Shown: piece after piece, positions 23,161-37,160 of the stretch
Position numbering within the stretch: the first letter of the stretch is position 1
How the letters are laid out: every line of letters starts with the position of its first letter
Source: Vicugna vicugna
Taxonomy: Eukaryota
Assembly: GCA_013265495.1 (NCBI GenBank)
Contig: MU061423.1
Location: 2,170,001-2,234,000 of the forward strand
Direction: 5' to 3'
DNA length: 64,000 nucleotides
Position numbers and translations under genes: made by a program
The notes under the pieces: model-generated
Told to the model about the DNA's origin: nothing
Database searches by the model: none
What the model saw: only the letters and a program-made list of their open reading frames with translations

Positions 23161-24259
23161 CAGTTAAGAAACAGAAATACCAACCTACAGGCAAAGTTGT
23201 AACATTTGGAAGTTGGGGTGCAAGGAAAAATCTTTGCCTATTTTTCAGTTTTGGCTGAGGTTGGCATTGTTATTCTCATCCTACTGAAAGATAAAAAAAA
23301 AAAAGAACTTGCTATCTTGACAAAAATTGCAACCAACATTTTTGATTAAAGAAAGCTGCACTTATTTTGATTGAACAACTTTTTGCTTTATTTCAGTCTT
23401 GTCTTTGATCTGACTCTTGTCAGAGCCTTTCTTTCACGAGAGGCTCTGAATATTACAGGAGGCAACATCTGTAATTTAAAGCAAAGTGGTCTAGTTTGGG
23501 CTAGTAATTACTTCAGAGTGGGATTCCAAAAGGGGGATACATCCATGGCAAATGCACTGTGCTGTCGTGTCTTTCTTCCCTGCTCAGCTAGCATCCAGCT
23601 AGTACCCAACCAATATCATCCAGTGCCATTCTTAAGTTTAAATCAGAGCTGTAAATGATCAAAATTATTCACATATTAAACAGATCCACTAGAATACAAG
23701 CCCTGTAAGGGATTTTCATCTGTTTTTTTTTCCCACAGTGCACAGTGTGCTCCAGAATCGAGACACTCAATAAATAGTCATTGACATAATAAGCAAACAA
23801 ATGTTGACCAAAAAATGTTGACATAATTCCACATATTGCATCTTTTATTCAATATCCAAGGCTTCCTGAACTTAGAAAGTACATTCTCTTTACACTGGTG
23901 TTTAGACCCTCTTCAGCACAATCCCATTACGTATTTCTTTCACTCTAGCAAATCTGTATTATTCCTCTGTCTCCACAAAATAATTCTGGCTTTCTGTTTG
24001 TAGCTCTCTTCTTATTTTGTTCCCTCAGCATGGACTTCTGCTTTCGCTTTCCCACCCCTCACACCTCAGTTCTACTATCAGTTTGTTCTTCATCCTTTCA
24101 GGACCATTTCAAAGATCAGCTCTTTCAGGAAGTCTTTCCAAGGAGCTTCTCAACATGTATAGATATATTCACTCCTCTTCATAAAAACCCGAGGCAATTT
24201 GTCTTTCATTGCATCCTCTTTAGCCTGCCTTTTATTACATTTATGTCCTTATTGTATCC

Positions 24260-24620
24260 TGTTGTATAATTCAGTATTCACTAAGGAAAACCAAACCAAT
24301 CTAGGTATTTCAAATAGAGGGAATTTATTATGTAGGTTATGAGAGAGTTAACAAAATCTATAGGTTTAATGAGGCAAATCAGAAAGTAACAATAGCAGAA
24401 AGTCCTTCCCACACTTGGGGCTGGTGAAGCACTGAGAGAAGGTGGTAAAAGCAACATTACCAGAATCCAGAATCCAGAGCCCTAGGGCCAGAAGCATGCT
24501 TGGGGCTAAGGAATAGGACCTGGGATCATGCAGAAGGTAGTAGCAATAGAAAAGACTCAGCTGAAGCCAGAACTGCCACAAAATTACACAGTTCTTCTCC
24601 CCTCAGTGTCTCCCATGACT
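24260..24620 (-). mobile_element. Degenerate ERVL LTR (LTR33/LTR16-like)
   Basis: ggaaaaccaaaccaatctaggtatttcaaatagagggaattta..gtaacaatagcagaaagtccttcccacacttggggctgg. Confidence 0.45.
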
Positions 24621-25410
24621 TCATTAGTCAAATCTACTTGAAAACCTGTTATCAAGAGAGCTTAAGAAATGTATTTCCCTACAAAACAGAGAAGAGTAGG
24701 AGAACAAATAGGCAAATCATATGGTCATTATATTTTCAGGGGGGGGAAAAGTGTGACGATACAGATACATTTATAGTGTCCTCCACTACCTAGCACACTG
24801 TCTTACACAAAATACTGATTAAATTTTTATTATACCCAACTTCTAAAAAGGGGAGTACCATTCTATATGAAGAGGAAGATAAGAATTTATACATGAGGTG
24901 TCATTTAACCAGTAATTCTTTCTGTATGTCCACTAAGCATCAAAATAATTCTTTAAACATATGAAGCTTATTTTTTGTAAGCAAAATGTCATTTTTAATT
25001 TGGAACTCCACCTCTACTAAGCCCCTGACTGTCTCTTTTCCTTCTGACACTCTCTTAGCTTGTTTGAGTCACCAAAGCAGAAATTCTAGATCTTATCTGG
25101 GTCTTGAAATCCTATGAAAAACTGATGAAACTGTCAATTTTCTGCTAGGGGTGCGGTGGAGTGGAACACATACATTTGCATATGTACTCAATGCGTGAGT
25201 GTTTGCATAGCCCAAGGCTTGCCCATTAGAATTCTATATCACAGCCTATTGGAAGTCTTGATAGTTACCTGTTGATCAAATGAAATTTGAAAATAGCACA
25301 CAACATATACCTGATGAGCTACCTTGGCTTCCTCATCTTAGAGATGTGGTCATCTCTAAGTAACCCAAACAGATGACCAAAGTCAGGAAAGGCATAGTGT
25401 AGAGCCTCAA

Positions 25411-25608
25411 CAGGTTCTCAATGGGGAGAGAACTTGACCTTCAAAAGATATTAGACAATATCAAGACATTTCTAATATTCATGACGAAGCTGTGGCATCT
25501 AGTGGGTAAAGACCATGAAGTTGCTAAATATCCTACAATGCACAGGAAAGCACCCACGACAAAGAGTTATCCAGTCCAGAAAGTCAGTGCTGAGGTTGAG
25601 AAACCCTG
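25411..25608 (+). mobile_element. MER20 (hAT-Charlie)
   Basis: caggttctcaatgggg...ggcatctagtgggtaaagacc..gctaaatatcctacaatgcacagg..gctgaggttgagaaaccctg. Confidence 0.9.
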
Positions 25609-26499
25609 TTCTTGAGCAAGAGGAATTATATGCTTCTCTTGGGCTCAGAAAGGATGACATTAATTTACAACTCAAGACACACTTTCCATTCCTCTAGAAA
25701 AAGCTATCATGCTCCCAGAAAAAGACTTACAAGTTACTGACATATTTGGTTAATCAGATTTTACCTATGTCTCTGAGTTCTAAGATTCTTAATCTTTTGT
25801 GTCAACTCTGTCACTGTATCTTTGTATCTAGTCTATAACCTTTTAGATGATAAACAATGAATTTCTATTATATTCAGAGAGAGAAACCACTGTCTAGCCC
25901 AGGAAACTTGGTTTTGAGGGGAAAATATATCAAGTGATATAAAAAGGTATACCTAAAACCTTAGCTGTATGAAGATGGTGAGACTATGAACTCGAAGTAT
26001 GCCCAGAATATCCAGGCACAAGTCTACTTTGTCTTTTTCCCCAGACGGGGTATGTGTCCAAAGCCCCAGACTAAATACTCCCAGACCTCAGGCCACACTC
26101 CCGTAATCCCACATGGATCTGAGTGAGTTTCCAAAGCTGTTTCAAGGTAGGGTCCTTTAGTAGGCTGACTCAAGAAACCTGCTCTGGCCTTCTATTTTGG
26201 AATAGGGTTATACTTCAGGGTTCGGCTAATCCAAGGGGAGTAGCTTTTCTGCTGATGGTACATCTGATGCACAGACGCTACCACACACCCACTGATTCAG
26301 CATCTCCAAGGGTGGGGCCCACACATCAGGTGGAAAAGCACAGTTCTAGAGAGTGTGACCACCCGCGAGGGATCTTGTCCTGAGAAGACCCTGGGCTGCA
26401 ATAGAGCTTTTCTTCTGGGTAAGGCCAAGAGACGAGATTCCATCAATATTCTAGAGAATTCTTGCCCTTGGTTATGCCATGGAGACCTCAGGAATTCTA

Positions 26500-26770
26500 G
26501 AGCTGCCAGGATGGCTCCCACAGCCCCAGGCCCTGAGCTCACCCCGGCGCCAGGCCAGCCTCCAAGGACCTACACGCCAACTGGCTCTGCAGACCCAAGT
26601 TACAGACTGATTCTTGAAGCCTCAGTCTCCTGGCTCATCCTAGCACGAGGCTGTCTTCCACAAAACCAGGCTCCCAGGCAGTTCCAGTACCAGACTGGAC
26701 CCTGAGGACCCAGATACTGGGCTGGCCCCTCGTGGTTGGCCCAATGAACCCAGGCTCTAATCCTCCCCCA
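26500..26770 (+). mobile_element. Probable ancient L1 5'UTR relic (GC-rich cccaggc-type sub-repeats)
   Basis: Repeated ccccaggccc/gccaggccagcc/aaccaggctccc/acccaggctc motifs resembling L1M 5' ends. Confidence 0.4.
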
Positions 26771-26994
26771 CCACATACACCTCACCCCCAGTGGATTGTG
26801 GAATGAAGCCCCCTCCTTTACCGTAGCATTACCTAAAACTGTGACATCTGGTCTTGACATATTCTTTCTGATTTTTCCTCACTATTTCTCTTCCAATCCC
26901 ATGTACTTCTGTTTCTTATAAGTTTCTAGTTCTGTGTTTTTTACTAATAGTTCTTGCATCTGAAATGTCCAACTCCAAATATCTCTAATACACT

Positions 26995-27198
26995 TATTAT
27001 TTTTTATTGAAGTATAGTAGATTCACAATGTTGTGTTAATTTCTGGTGAACAGCATGGTGATTCAGATTATATATATATATATATATTCCTTTTCATTAT
27101 AGGCTATTACAAGGTATTGAATGTAGTTCCCTGTGCTATACAGTAGGACCTCGTTGTTTATTTATTTTATATATAGTAGAATCTGCAAATCCCAAACA
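26995..27198 (-). mobile_element. L1 3' tail
   Basis: ttttattgaagtatagtagattcacaatgttgtgttaatttctggtg..tagttccctgtgctatacagtaggacc. Confidence 0.9.
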
Positions 27199-27564
27199 CA
27201 CTTATTTTTGAAATGCCCCCTTTTTCAAGAAGCCTGACTTCACCCCACAGTCAAAAATACCCACTCCCTTTTTGGAGCACCCACTGAAGTTACTATGCTT
27301 CATAAGAGTACTTTTCACATTTCCCCCTCTTTCATAAGAACCTATACATCTCCTTTATGGCTATCTCACATTGGTATCCACCACAAAACCTACCAGTGTG
27401 GTGCTTTTGGCAAAGTAGATGCTCCTCCTACTTTGATGGAATGAAGGGCTAGAAGTTGAATATTACTGCAAGCCTGGTACTCTGCATCTACAATATTTTT
27501 ATACTTGTCTATTGTGGTTATTCCATTTTTGTAGTTGAGACTTGGAAGAATAAATTGGGTTTTT

Positions 27565-28160
27565 TTTAATTGAAGTATAGTTAGTTTACAATGTTGTGTT
27601 AATTTCTGGTGTACAGCATAATGCTTCAGTCATACATATACATACATATATTTGCTTTCATATTCTTTTTCATTATAGGTTATTACAAGGTATTGAATTA
27701 GGTTGCTTATGCTATACAGTAGAAACTTGTTGTTTATCCATTTTATATATAGTAGTTAGTATCTGAAAAATCTCCATCTCCCAATTTATTCCTTCCCACT
27801 CCGTTCCCCCCAGTAACCATAAGTTTGTCTTCTATGTCTGTGAGTCTGTTTTGTAAATAAATTCATTCATTTATTTGGGTTTTTTTTTGTTTTTTTTTTT
27901 TTAGATTCCACATATGAGCGATAGCATATGGTATTTTTCTTTCTGTTTCTGGCTTACTTCACTTAGAATGATGATATCTAGGTCCATCCATGTTGCTGTC
28001 AATAACATTATTTTATTCTTTTTTATGGCTGAGTGGTATTCCATTGTACATATATACACCACAACTTCTTTATCCAGTCATCTGTTGATGGACATTTAGG
28101 TTGTTTCCATGTCTTGGCTATTGTAAACAGTGCTGCTATGAACATTGGGGCACATGTATC
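27565..28160 (-). mobile_element. L1 3' end (~600 bp)
   Basis: ttagattccacatatgagcgatagcatatgg..ggacatttaggttgtttccatgtcttggctattgtaaacagtgctgctatgaacattgggg. Confidence 0.92.
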
Positions 28161-28257
28161 TTGAAAGAAAAAAGTGTTGTAACTGGAGATCAAACTGAAA
28201 ATTTTGATGAAGAATGTAGTATGTTGTGTGGGCAGTAGAGAAGGTTTTTATATAACC

Positions 28258-28808
28258 CATTGTTAGTTTTCTGCATCAATTTGGCCAGGCTATTATTCAA
28301 TCAATTGTTCAAACATTAAGTGTGATTATATTTAATAGATATGATTAACATCTATAATCAATTGATTTTAAATAAAGGAGATTATCTTTAATAAGTAGGT
28401 AGGCCTGATTTAGTCAGCTGAGAGGTCTTAAGAACAGAACTGAAGTTTCTCTGAAGAAGAAATTCCATCTGTGGAGAGAGAGCAGCTTCAGCTTATGTCT
28501 GTGAGTTCCTCCCTGCCCTTCCTGATAGCTGCCCTATGGATCTGGGCTTTGCCTGGCCAGCCCCCGCAATTGTATATGCCAGTTCTTTGCAATAAATAAA
28601 TAAATGAACAAGCAAATACCAGTTGTCCCTTAGTATCCATGGAGGCTTGGTTTCAGGAGCCCCCACAGATACTAAAGTCCATGGTTGCTCAAGTCCCTTA
28701 TATAAAATAGTATATAAAATGGTTGAATCTAAGATTGTGAAACCCATGAATATAAAGGGCCAAAAAGTGTAAATAAATAAATTCTTCCCACTGGTTCTGT
28801 TTCTGTGA
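28258..28808 (+). mobile_element. MLT2-family ERVL LTR interrupted by MER2
   Basis: ttttctgcatcaatttggccaggcta..ttaacatctataatcaattgatttta aataaaggagattatc..cactggttctgtttctgtga. Confidence 0.8.
28619..28770 (+). mobile_element. Internally deleted MER2 (Tigger-derived MITE)
   Basis: cagttgtcccttagtatccatggaggcttggtttcaggagcccccacagatactaaagtccatggttgctcaagtcccttatataaaat..ggttgaatc..aaacccatgaatataaagggcc. Confidence 0.85.
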
Positions 28809-29619
28809 TATATCTATTTTGAAAATTTTTACCCCAAATTTTTAAAAGGACAGTGATTTTACATGTATGTATATGTGTATAAATATTTCATAGATATATG
28901 TGTACATATATACATCCATACATAAATACACACGCATAGTACAGATTAAAACAATACAAGATAGCTTTTTTGCCTAACAAGCAAGTTTAAAAATAATGAT
29001 AATGCTCAATGTTATTGAGAATTCTACAAGATGGACCCTATATGATTGCAAATAAGAATGCCTTTCTCAAAAATTTTAAATACGTCCAACATTGCTATTG
29101 TAGTCAGAAAAATATAGAACTTCTTACATGTCAAAAAATTAAATAATACTCAAAGACATAAGACTAATAAAGATTAAGTTGCCACTTATTTGGTTAATTG
29201 ATACCTCCTACTATAAAAGCTGTAAATCAAGCATGTCATCCATCACCTCATGAGTAACAAATCTCAAAGCTTGGTAAACCTCACCTGACTCAGGACAAGC
29301 CAAATAGTGGGCTTCCAGTTGGTTCTTCCAAAAAGGGACATGGGAAGGGCTGGAACCCAGCTTGTTTCTCCTGGAAGGAGTCACTATTTCATAAGGTTGA
29401 TCTCTTACTGACTCAGGATGCGACTGCTTCCAGGTGATTTGGTCTTCACTTGCTTAACTACTGATAATTTGACTAATTTTACTTTAGTGAAACTGTTTTA
29501 CCCTGATATTACCCTGTGTGTTGTGAGTGTAAGGAGTAAGAGGAAAACAGGCTTTCATAATGTTAACCAAATATTTTTCTCATAATATAATTTACTCCCA
29601 CACAAGCCAACTTCAATTC

Positions 29620-29790
29620 CTCAGTGACTTTAGATTATAAAAAGTCACAGCTGGAAGAGATTTTAGACCAACTCCCTCTTTCACAGTTGAGGAAGCTGAG
29701 GGTATGAGACGTGAGGTGACTTGCTCAAGGTCACCCCAATGGGTGGGGACAGAGGCAGGGCCATCATCCAGAGCCCCTGTGTGATTTTGC
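29620..29790 (-). mobile_element. MIR SINE fragment
   Basis: tttcacagttgaggaagctgagggt..gtgacttgctcaaggtcac. Confidence 0.7.
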
Positions 29791-29944
29791 TATGTCATCC
29801 TCCCGTCTTACTTAGGACTTGTTTGGGTCAGCAAAATCCTTAGCCATCATTAAAGCATAATAGAAACAAGAAAAAATACTGTTGAAGATAATAGTTTTCC
29901 TTACTTATAGTTATTTCTTTACTTGTATTCATGTAACTGTATTC

Positions 29945-30440
29945 AAAGCTCTGCTGTCAAATACTGTGACCACCGCTACATATGGCTAATGTGCACTTGA
30001 AGTGATCTAGTATGGCTGAGGAACACAATTTTTAAGGTTTAATTAATTTAAATTTTAAATTTACAACATGCTTGATGACATTATTAAGAACATTTAAGTT
30101 AGGTTTAGAACAATGTGGATACATGAATCTACTTTTTAACAATACATTTTATGAAACCTAAAATGAAGATCAGGTATTTCCAATGAAGACTGAGATGAAC
30201 CGTAAGTAAAAAATATACACCAGATTTCAAAGACTTAGTACACAAAAAAGAACATAAAATATCTCATGAGTAACTTTTATATTGATTGTCTGTTGAACAG
30301 ATAGTATTTGGGAAAAATTAGTTAAATACAATGTTATTGAAATTAATCTCACTGTTTCTTTTTACTGTTTTTTACTGTGACTACTAGAAAATTTTAAATT
30401 ACAAATACGACCCTCAGTGTATTTCTATTGGACAGGGCTG
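29945..30440 (+). mobile_element. Charlie5/MER33-like hAT element
   Basis: ctctgctgtcaaatactgtgaccaccgctacatatggcta..aaatatacaccagatttcaaagacttagtac..tatttctattggacagggctg. Confidence 0.8.
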
Positions 30441-31196
30441 ATAGAAAACCTCGTTTTTTTTTTTTTCAAGTTTGTAATGAAGTGTATCATAATAACTTGT
30501 ATTTTTAATTGCATTGAGGTGCATATGGACAGACTTCTGCTGCTACTCACTCTGGATCCGTCTTTGTTAGTTTCTGAAACACATCAGTCAGACATGAGCA
30601 CCTGCCATTTGGGATGTTTGGCTTTGTGATAGACTCCTGGTGAAACAGATACCAGGTCTGTAGAAACGCTTAGGGATCTGAGAGCAAAAATAATAGTTGA
30701 AGGAAACCAACGATATTCAGGGGGTCTATGTTGCTTCCCTGCTATCACACCACATTGAAATCACTCATGTAAATCCTAAAGTTTTATTTCTAACAGTGTC
30801 TGAGCCCCAGATGTTTCATTGATGAAGACTGTGAACGCTCTGAGGCTCCAATAGGACCTTTCTCTTGAATAATGTGTCTCAACATCACCTCCCCTTTTCA
30901 GTCTCGGTAGCTGTAACAAACTTCAGACATCGAGCTGATACTAGGTTTCTTAGCATAACTTCATTTGGGATCATCACCGAAGCCATTGTATTATTTGTTC
31001 ATGGCATCTTAGACTATGGTATGTTCCTGCTTATTGGCAGTGAAACTTTTCTCGTTCTAGACTTTGGTTTCCCTTTCTGGGATAGAGAAGGCTTGACATG
31101 CCCTCCCATGGGTATATCACAAACTTCCATTTCAGATGTTCTGAACCATGCCTTGACTGCCTTCCACTTCGGGCATTCAGATGTCCTTCTGACTTC

Positions 31197-31594
31197 TGTT
31201 ATGGGCTGAACTGTGTGCTCCCAAATCTATTTGCTGAAATTCTAACACCTAGTACCTCAGAATGTGACTGTATTTGAAGATAGGGTCTTTAAAGGCATAA
31301 TTAAGGTAAAATGGGGTCATAAGAGTGGGCCCTCGTCCCAGATGACTGGTGTCCTTATAAGAGGAGAAGGAGATTAGGACACAGACATGCACGCGCACAG
31401 AGGGAAGACCATAGAAAGACACAGTGAGAAGATGACCATCTGTGAGCCATGGAAAGAGATCTCAGAAGAAACCCAACTCACCAACACCTTGATCTTGGAC
31501 TTGCAGCCTGCAGAACTGTAAGAAAATAAACTTCTGTTGCTTAAGCCACCTAGTGTGTGGTGCTTTGTGATGGCAGCCTGAGCAGATGAACACA
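31197..31594 (+). mobile_element. MLT1A/B MaLR solo LTR
   Basis: tgttatgggctgaactgtgtgctccc..cctcagaatgtgactgtatttgaagatagggtctt..gatcttggacttgcagcctgcagaactgtaagaaaataaac..gcagatgaacaca. Confidence 0.92.
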
Positions 31595-31989
31595 GCATCC
31601 TTCTCAGTTGCCCTTGATTAAGCAGCCCTTCTCTAGACAACCATCAAATGCCTTTTTGTTGGATGTCGCTTTTCTTTGTCCTTGAAAGAACCTGTTTCCC
31701 ACTTGCCCCAAGACATTATCCCTGTGGTGCTCCTCAGTTTCCTCCAAAATGGAGTTTACATGTGCCACATAGTCTACTTTTTAAAGTCAGACTATCCCCA
31801 TACGTTTCCTCCAAATTTGATGAAAATCTCTCTAGCCAATTTTTCACCATGTGTTAATTAAAACAGAGAAGCAATTTAATTTTTATAGATTACCCTTAGA
31901 TTCTAGCAATCAGCCTTAGGGAGTTTAGAAAGCAGTGAATGGGTAAGGAGCAAGACCTAAGCAGGATGATGGACCAGGTTGAAATGGGA

Positions 31990-32160
31990 CTGTGCCCTTA
32001 ATCCCTCGGTGGCCTCGGGGAGGTTTTATAAACCACACAAGTCTCTGTTTCCTTATCTTTAAATTAAAGCTACTAGTTCCCACCTCAAAGGGTTACTTGG
32101 AGAGTTAAATGAGACAACATATGCCAGGTTCATGGCCAGTAGTGCCACATAATAAATATC
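31990..32160 (+). mobile_element. MIR SINE fragment
   Basis: tctctgtttccttatctttaaa..cccacctcaaagggtt..gttaaatgagacaac. Confidence 0.7.
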
Positions 32161-32625
32161 AATGCGCTTGCCCCTAAAGGAATGAAAGATCCTTTGAAAT
32201 ATGACTACAGATCTTTTTTAAAAAACAACAACAGAAATGTCTTATAGTTAAAGAAGGGGGAGGAAGAACATCTGTTTATGGTGTACTTTGGTGAAAGACA
32301 TTCATTTATATTCTAGGGCAATGATGTAGCCTGAATTCTCTAGGCACTTGAAGGCAGGCAGTTGGAAATGCATCATCATTTAGCCTCTCTGGAAGGGAGG
32401 GGGTCACCGGTGAGCTCTTGCAGTAAGAGCCTCAGAGCAACCACTCTGGAACTGTGATTTCACTTCACCCCATGACTCAGCTTTGGAAGACTTGTTTGCT
32501 TCTTTCCTTTCTTCCTGATCAAAATAATAATGTTAATGCTTAGTTCACTAAGAAGAAAATTTATGCTTAACAAGATATTTATGGGCAGCTTTAAGTATGA
32601 TATCTAGAATATTCCTGTTATTGCA

Positions 32626-32628
<3 letters not shown>

Positions 32629-32658
<30 letters not shown>
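32629..32658. repeat. (AC)15 microsatellite
   Basis: Read directly. Confidence 0.95.
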
Positions 32659-32661
<3 letters not shown>

Positions 32662-33512
32662 TACATCTGTGCCTGTCAATAAAGAGTCCCATTGCAATGG
32701 GAAAAATTTCCCCTGGTATATTCGATTGAACTCCACAGACACATGGATACTAGCTGTCAGCAAGTTCCTCTCATGCTTCTGAGTGGAGAGGAGACAAACA
32801 AACAAATTGAACCCAGCCCTTGCCCTCAAGTCCTGGCTATGGCACTGTTATTACAGATGGAATTTGAACCCAACATCGCAGGATTTTAAAGCTCTTAGAA
32901 AGGTGCTGGGTGAATATTAAATGGAGTAGAAAAGTGGCTGGCACCCCATCTCTTCTCTAGTTAACTGCTACTGACAAAACTGGTTAGTCCTCTCAGTCTG
33001 ATTGCTCTTGGGAACTTGTCCAGGCCAGGAAGATGGTCCCTTGTTGAACTGCATTCTTCTCACTGGGCCCTGAGCTCACTGCTGATAGGACAAAACATGA
33101 GTATTAGCTCTCCACTGCTAAATGGAAGGGGGCTGGTGTTAATCCATACACTCTCTAGAAAAGACATCAATCTATCCAGGTAACTTAAATAATAACACAT
33201 CAGCAAGGTGATATTCCACCAACACAAATGATGGGAGCATCCGGTTCATTTATGTCTTTTTTCCATCAACTTATCCAAGATTCAAAGGAAATGGACTCCC
33301 AAAATTACAAAGCAATTAAAATATAATCCTGTTGAGTGTCAATATTTTACAATTCCTCCCTAAAGGCATTGGATGAGAAATAAAATATTTTTATGAGAAA
33401 CATCTATTAAAGGTATAACTAGATAGTAGAGGTGATCTAGAGCTACATAAAGACTACTATTCTTGAATTGGTGAGAATGACTGGATACTGTATTAGAATT
33501 TGGAGATTTTAG

Positions 33513-33879
33513 GTACTGTCTGTTGGGGCAAAACACCACAGGATGGGTGGCTTAGGCAACAGAAATGTATTTTATCACGTTTCTGGAGTTAAGAAGTCCA
33601 AGATCAAGGTGTTGGCCAGTTGGGTTTCCTCTGAGGCCTCTCTCATCGACTTGCAGATGATGTTTTTCTCTGTGTCCTCATGTGTTCACCTGTAGCTCTG
33701 TGTGTGTGTGTTCTAACTTCTGCTTCATATACAGACACCAGTCATATTGGGTAAGGGCCCACCCATATGACCTCAATTTAATTTTAAAGTTCCTATCTCC
33801 AAATATAGTCACATTCCAAGGTCCTAGGGGTTATGACTTCAATAAATGAATTTGCAGGAGCACAATTCAGCCCATAACA
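33513..33879 (-). mobile_element. MLT1A/B MaLR solo LTR
   Basis: gggtggcttaggcaacagaaatg..agtccaagatcaaggtg..cctatctccaaatatagtcacattc..cacaattcagcccataaca. Confidence 0.9.
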
Positions 33880-34315
33880 GATGCCATGGACAGATCTTTG
33901 GACTCATCAGTCAGTGATGACATTATTGATCTGACATTCTGGGGCATCTTCACCCCTTGTTCAACTATCATTCAGACTGACCACAGGGGCACCAGTGTGG
34001 TGATGGACACATTCTGGTCATTTTGATGATATAGGTAGAAGTGCAGATTGTAGTTCTTTCTTCTTTCCCCATGATCCTGTTACCCTTCCATAACCAAAGT
34101 GGATGTTTCAGCAGGCAACAGGAGGTTCTCCATAAAAAAGGAATGGGTGTAGCTGGAAGAACTAGGTTTTGTTTTATAATCTACAGCAATGGTAGCTGCA
34201 TTCAGTAGAATAAAGACCAAAGAAGTAAATGTGAAACCTCCCCAAGAGCATTCTTGTTCATTCAACAATTTAAGAGAATTTGGAAACATTGGATTAAAAT
34301 GGAGTCATTTTGTAC

Positions 34316-34945
34316 ACAGTTGCCCCCCCCCATCTGTGGTTTCACTCTCCGAGGTTTCAGTGACCCATAGTCAATTGCAGTCTGAAAGTATGAAATGGAA
34401 AATTCTAGAAATAAACAGTTCACAAATTTCAAATTCTGTGCTGTTCTGGGAGCATGGTAAAATCCTGAGCTGTCCTGCTCCATCCCCAACCATCAGCATC
34501 CTCTGCTCCTGACATCCAACCAGCACCTTCGTCAGGGCTCAATGACCCAGCATCACCCGGAGCAGATGGTCCTCCTTCAGACAGTAGCCTAATGCAACAT
34601 CCCCATGTCTACATCATTCATCTCCCTTCATCTCATCATGTAGACATTGTACCATCTCATGTACACCACAAGAAGGGCGAGTGCAGTACAATAAGATATT
34701 TTTGAGAAAGGGAAAGAGGCCACATTCTCATAATTTTTAGTAGAGTATATTGTTACATTCATTCTATTTTATTATTAGTTATGATTGTTAATCTCTTACT
34801 GTGCCAAACTTATAAGTTGAACTTCATCATAGCTATGTACATGTAGGACAAAACATAGTATATATAGAGTTCAGTACTATCTGCAGTTTCAGGCATCCAC
34901 TGGGGGTCTTGGACTGTGTCTCCCTCAGAGAAGGGGGGGTGACTG
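34316..34945 (+). mobile_element. MER44/Tigger7 element
   Basis: cagttgcccccccccatctgtggtttcactctccgaggtttcagtgaccc..gcagtttcaggcatccactgggggtcttgga..aagggggggtgactg; both termini recognisable. Confidence 0.88.
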
Positions 34946-35329
34946 AATGTACAAAGTTTAGATCACATGGCTGAGCACCAGACAAGCACAAGACCTAACT
35001 TCTTATACCCATCCAAGTACCCTGACACCCATTCATTCTTGGAACCAGAAAGGACCTGAGAGCCCATTCAGTCCAAGCTGTTTAGTCCTACAGGTGAGGA
35101 ACCTGAGACCCCTGAAGGAGAAGCTTGCCCAAGATTATAAGGATGTAACATAGTCAAGGCTGTAATTTAGATACACAATTTCATGACACTGTCCTTTTCA
35201 CCACATCATATTTCCTCTGACTCTGACTCTTTGGTCCTGATAGCTGTTTCTAGAGATGTTTTTATTGCCAAACTACTAGGATTGTGCCCTCATTACAATG
35301 TATCTAGTTATGTATATTTTAATACAGTA

Positions 35330-35470
35330 TAAAATAATTATATATTATAAATAATAATAATATATATACTGCCTTTATATTTTATATATATATTAAAATA
35401 TAGTATAATATATAACATTATATAACACAATAATACAATTGTATTATATTGTGTACATATATTGCATTAT
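35330..35470. repeat. AT-rich low-complexity tract
   Basis: tatattataaataataataatatatat...atataacattatataacacaataatac. Confidence 0.8.
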
Positions 35471-36959
35471 ACATATAGTGTCACCACTTCATCAAGCTCT
35501 GACTGTGTCGGGGCAGCCTCTCGGCACAGGGTCCTCTCTGGCTCCTCATTAACTCCCCTACTGCCCACCCCCACCAACTTCCTTTGCTGGGTGGTCACAC
35601 AGTGTTTTCCCTGTAGCCCTAAGAAAATCACACTTGGCTCCTTTGTCAAGGTCTTTTCTCGTCCATAATGCTTTGCATCTGTTCTACTCCGCTTTCTGTT
35701 TCTTCAGATTCTACAGATGACCTGGTTGCTAACTGATTCCCTGTGCTTGAACCCCACACTTACCCTGAACTCAGATATATTTTCCTATTGTTTGTATGTT
35801 TCCCTGGGCTTCTGACCTATGCTTTTTCCTAGGGCTCTCTCTTCCTATACGCATTGTCCTGGAATATTGCTGTACTACAAAAACCTGATCTTACGCAATT
35901 TTATAATAAATCACTAAAAAACACAGGAGGAAATCTAGGAATTCTGACTAAAGACACTTCTCCTATTTATTCTTTAATACTGAGTAATATTTACCAAGCC
36001 AAAAGGAAAAAAAGGATACAATGGATCTTAGTTTCAGTTTTCCATTCTTGCTAATTGTATTTCTTCCTTTTTCATCTAAAGTATTATCCCAGCTCCTCCC
36101 AACCCAATGGACCCAACCCAACAATTATCCTCTGGGTCCTCTATCTTCTGGTTTCACTGAGCACCCAAGTGCAGGAGAGGCAGCTGAGAAGTGTGAATGT
36201 AAAGTCATTGGATCACTGTAACCCACAATCACTGCCAACTCTCAGTGCCTTAGTGAATTCATAGTTTATCTGTTCGAAAATTCAGCTAGTTCAGTCTCAT
36301 GTTTTACAAAGACATTATTTTCTTTTAGTCATGCCGAAAGACAAATTTGGTTTTAGTGCAAGCTGTGCTAATCTGAAACATCAGAATAATGTAACCAACC
36401 TCCAGAAGATCTAAACATGAGTATAGATTTGGGGCAGGTTTCCTTCAATTAGCCCCAAAGTGGTAATCTATCTAAATTTCTCGCAAGGAACCCTGTAGAC
36501 ATTCATTTTGATAACTCTTCAAGGACTGAGTTTCTGACATAAAAAAAGACATTTTGAGAATAAGAAATTCAAGTGACTAATAAGAACACATAGAACCCCA
36601 AACTCTTTTGTACCACTTTTTTATGTTTCCACTGATGCAATGTCCCAGCTCATGTTCAGGGTAAGCACCACTGGATAAGAGGCACTCTGTCCGGGCAACT
36701 TTGCTTTGCTGTGCTTTTCCATCTATAAAAGGTTGTGGATTGTACTCTACTGGCTAGAAGTTAAGTCTAAAGAATTTATCTATCCTAAAAAGTCTGAATT
36801 TAATACAGGGGAAAGTACTTACTACAATGAAAACAGAAAGGAAAATGATCCTGATTCACCTACTAACTTTCTCTTGAAATATTTTTTAAGCATTATTATA
36901 CACAACCCAATTGTATTTTTCTACAAATTACAAAGTAACCATAGAGGTTACAACCTGTG

Positions 36960-37160
36960 GGAGGAAAGTGTCCTCTCTGTAGGTGGACACCTGGGGTTAA
37001 GTCCTGCCACTTACTGGCTGATCTAACTTCACTGTGTCTCAATTTTTTTCATCTGTAAAATGGAGCTAATCCTGACACCCCTTTTTTGCTGGTGTGAAGA
37101 TTGGCTGAGTGAATACATAGATAGTGTTTAGAACAATGTCTAGCATGTAGTAAGCACTAC
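36960..37160 (+). mobile_element. MIR SINE
   Basis: ctggggttaagtcctgccacttactggctg..tcatctgtaaaatggagcta..agaacaatgtctagcatgtagtaagcact. Confidence 0.8.

Noticed and set aside
30650-31860. Possible decayed coding sequence split by the MLT1 LTR
   Set aside because: All minus-strand frames carry multiple stops and I could not match any segment to a known protein or transposon ORF.
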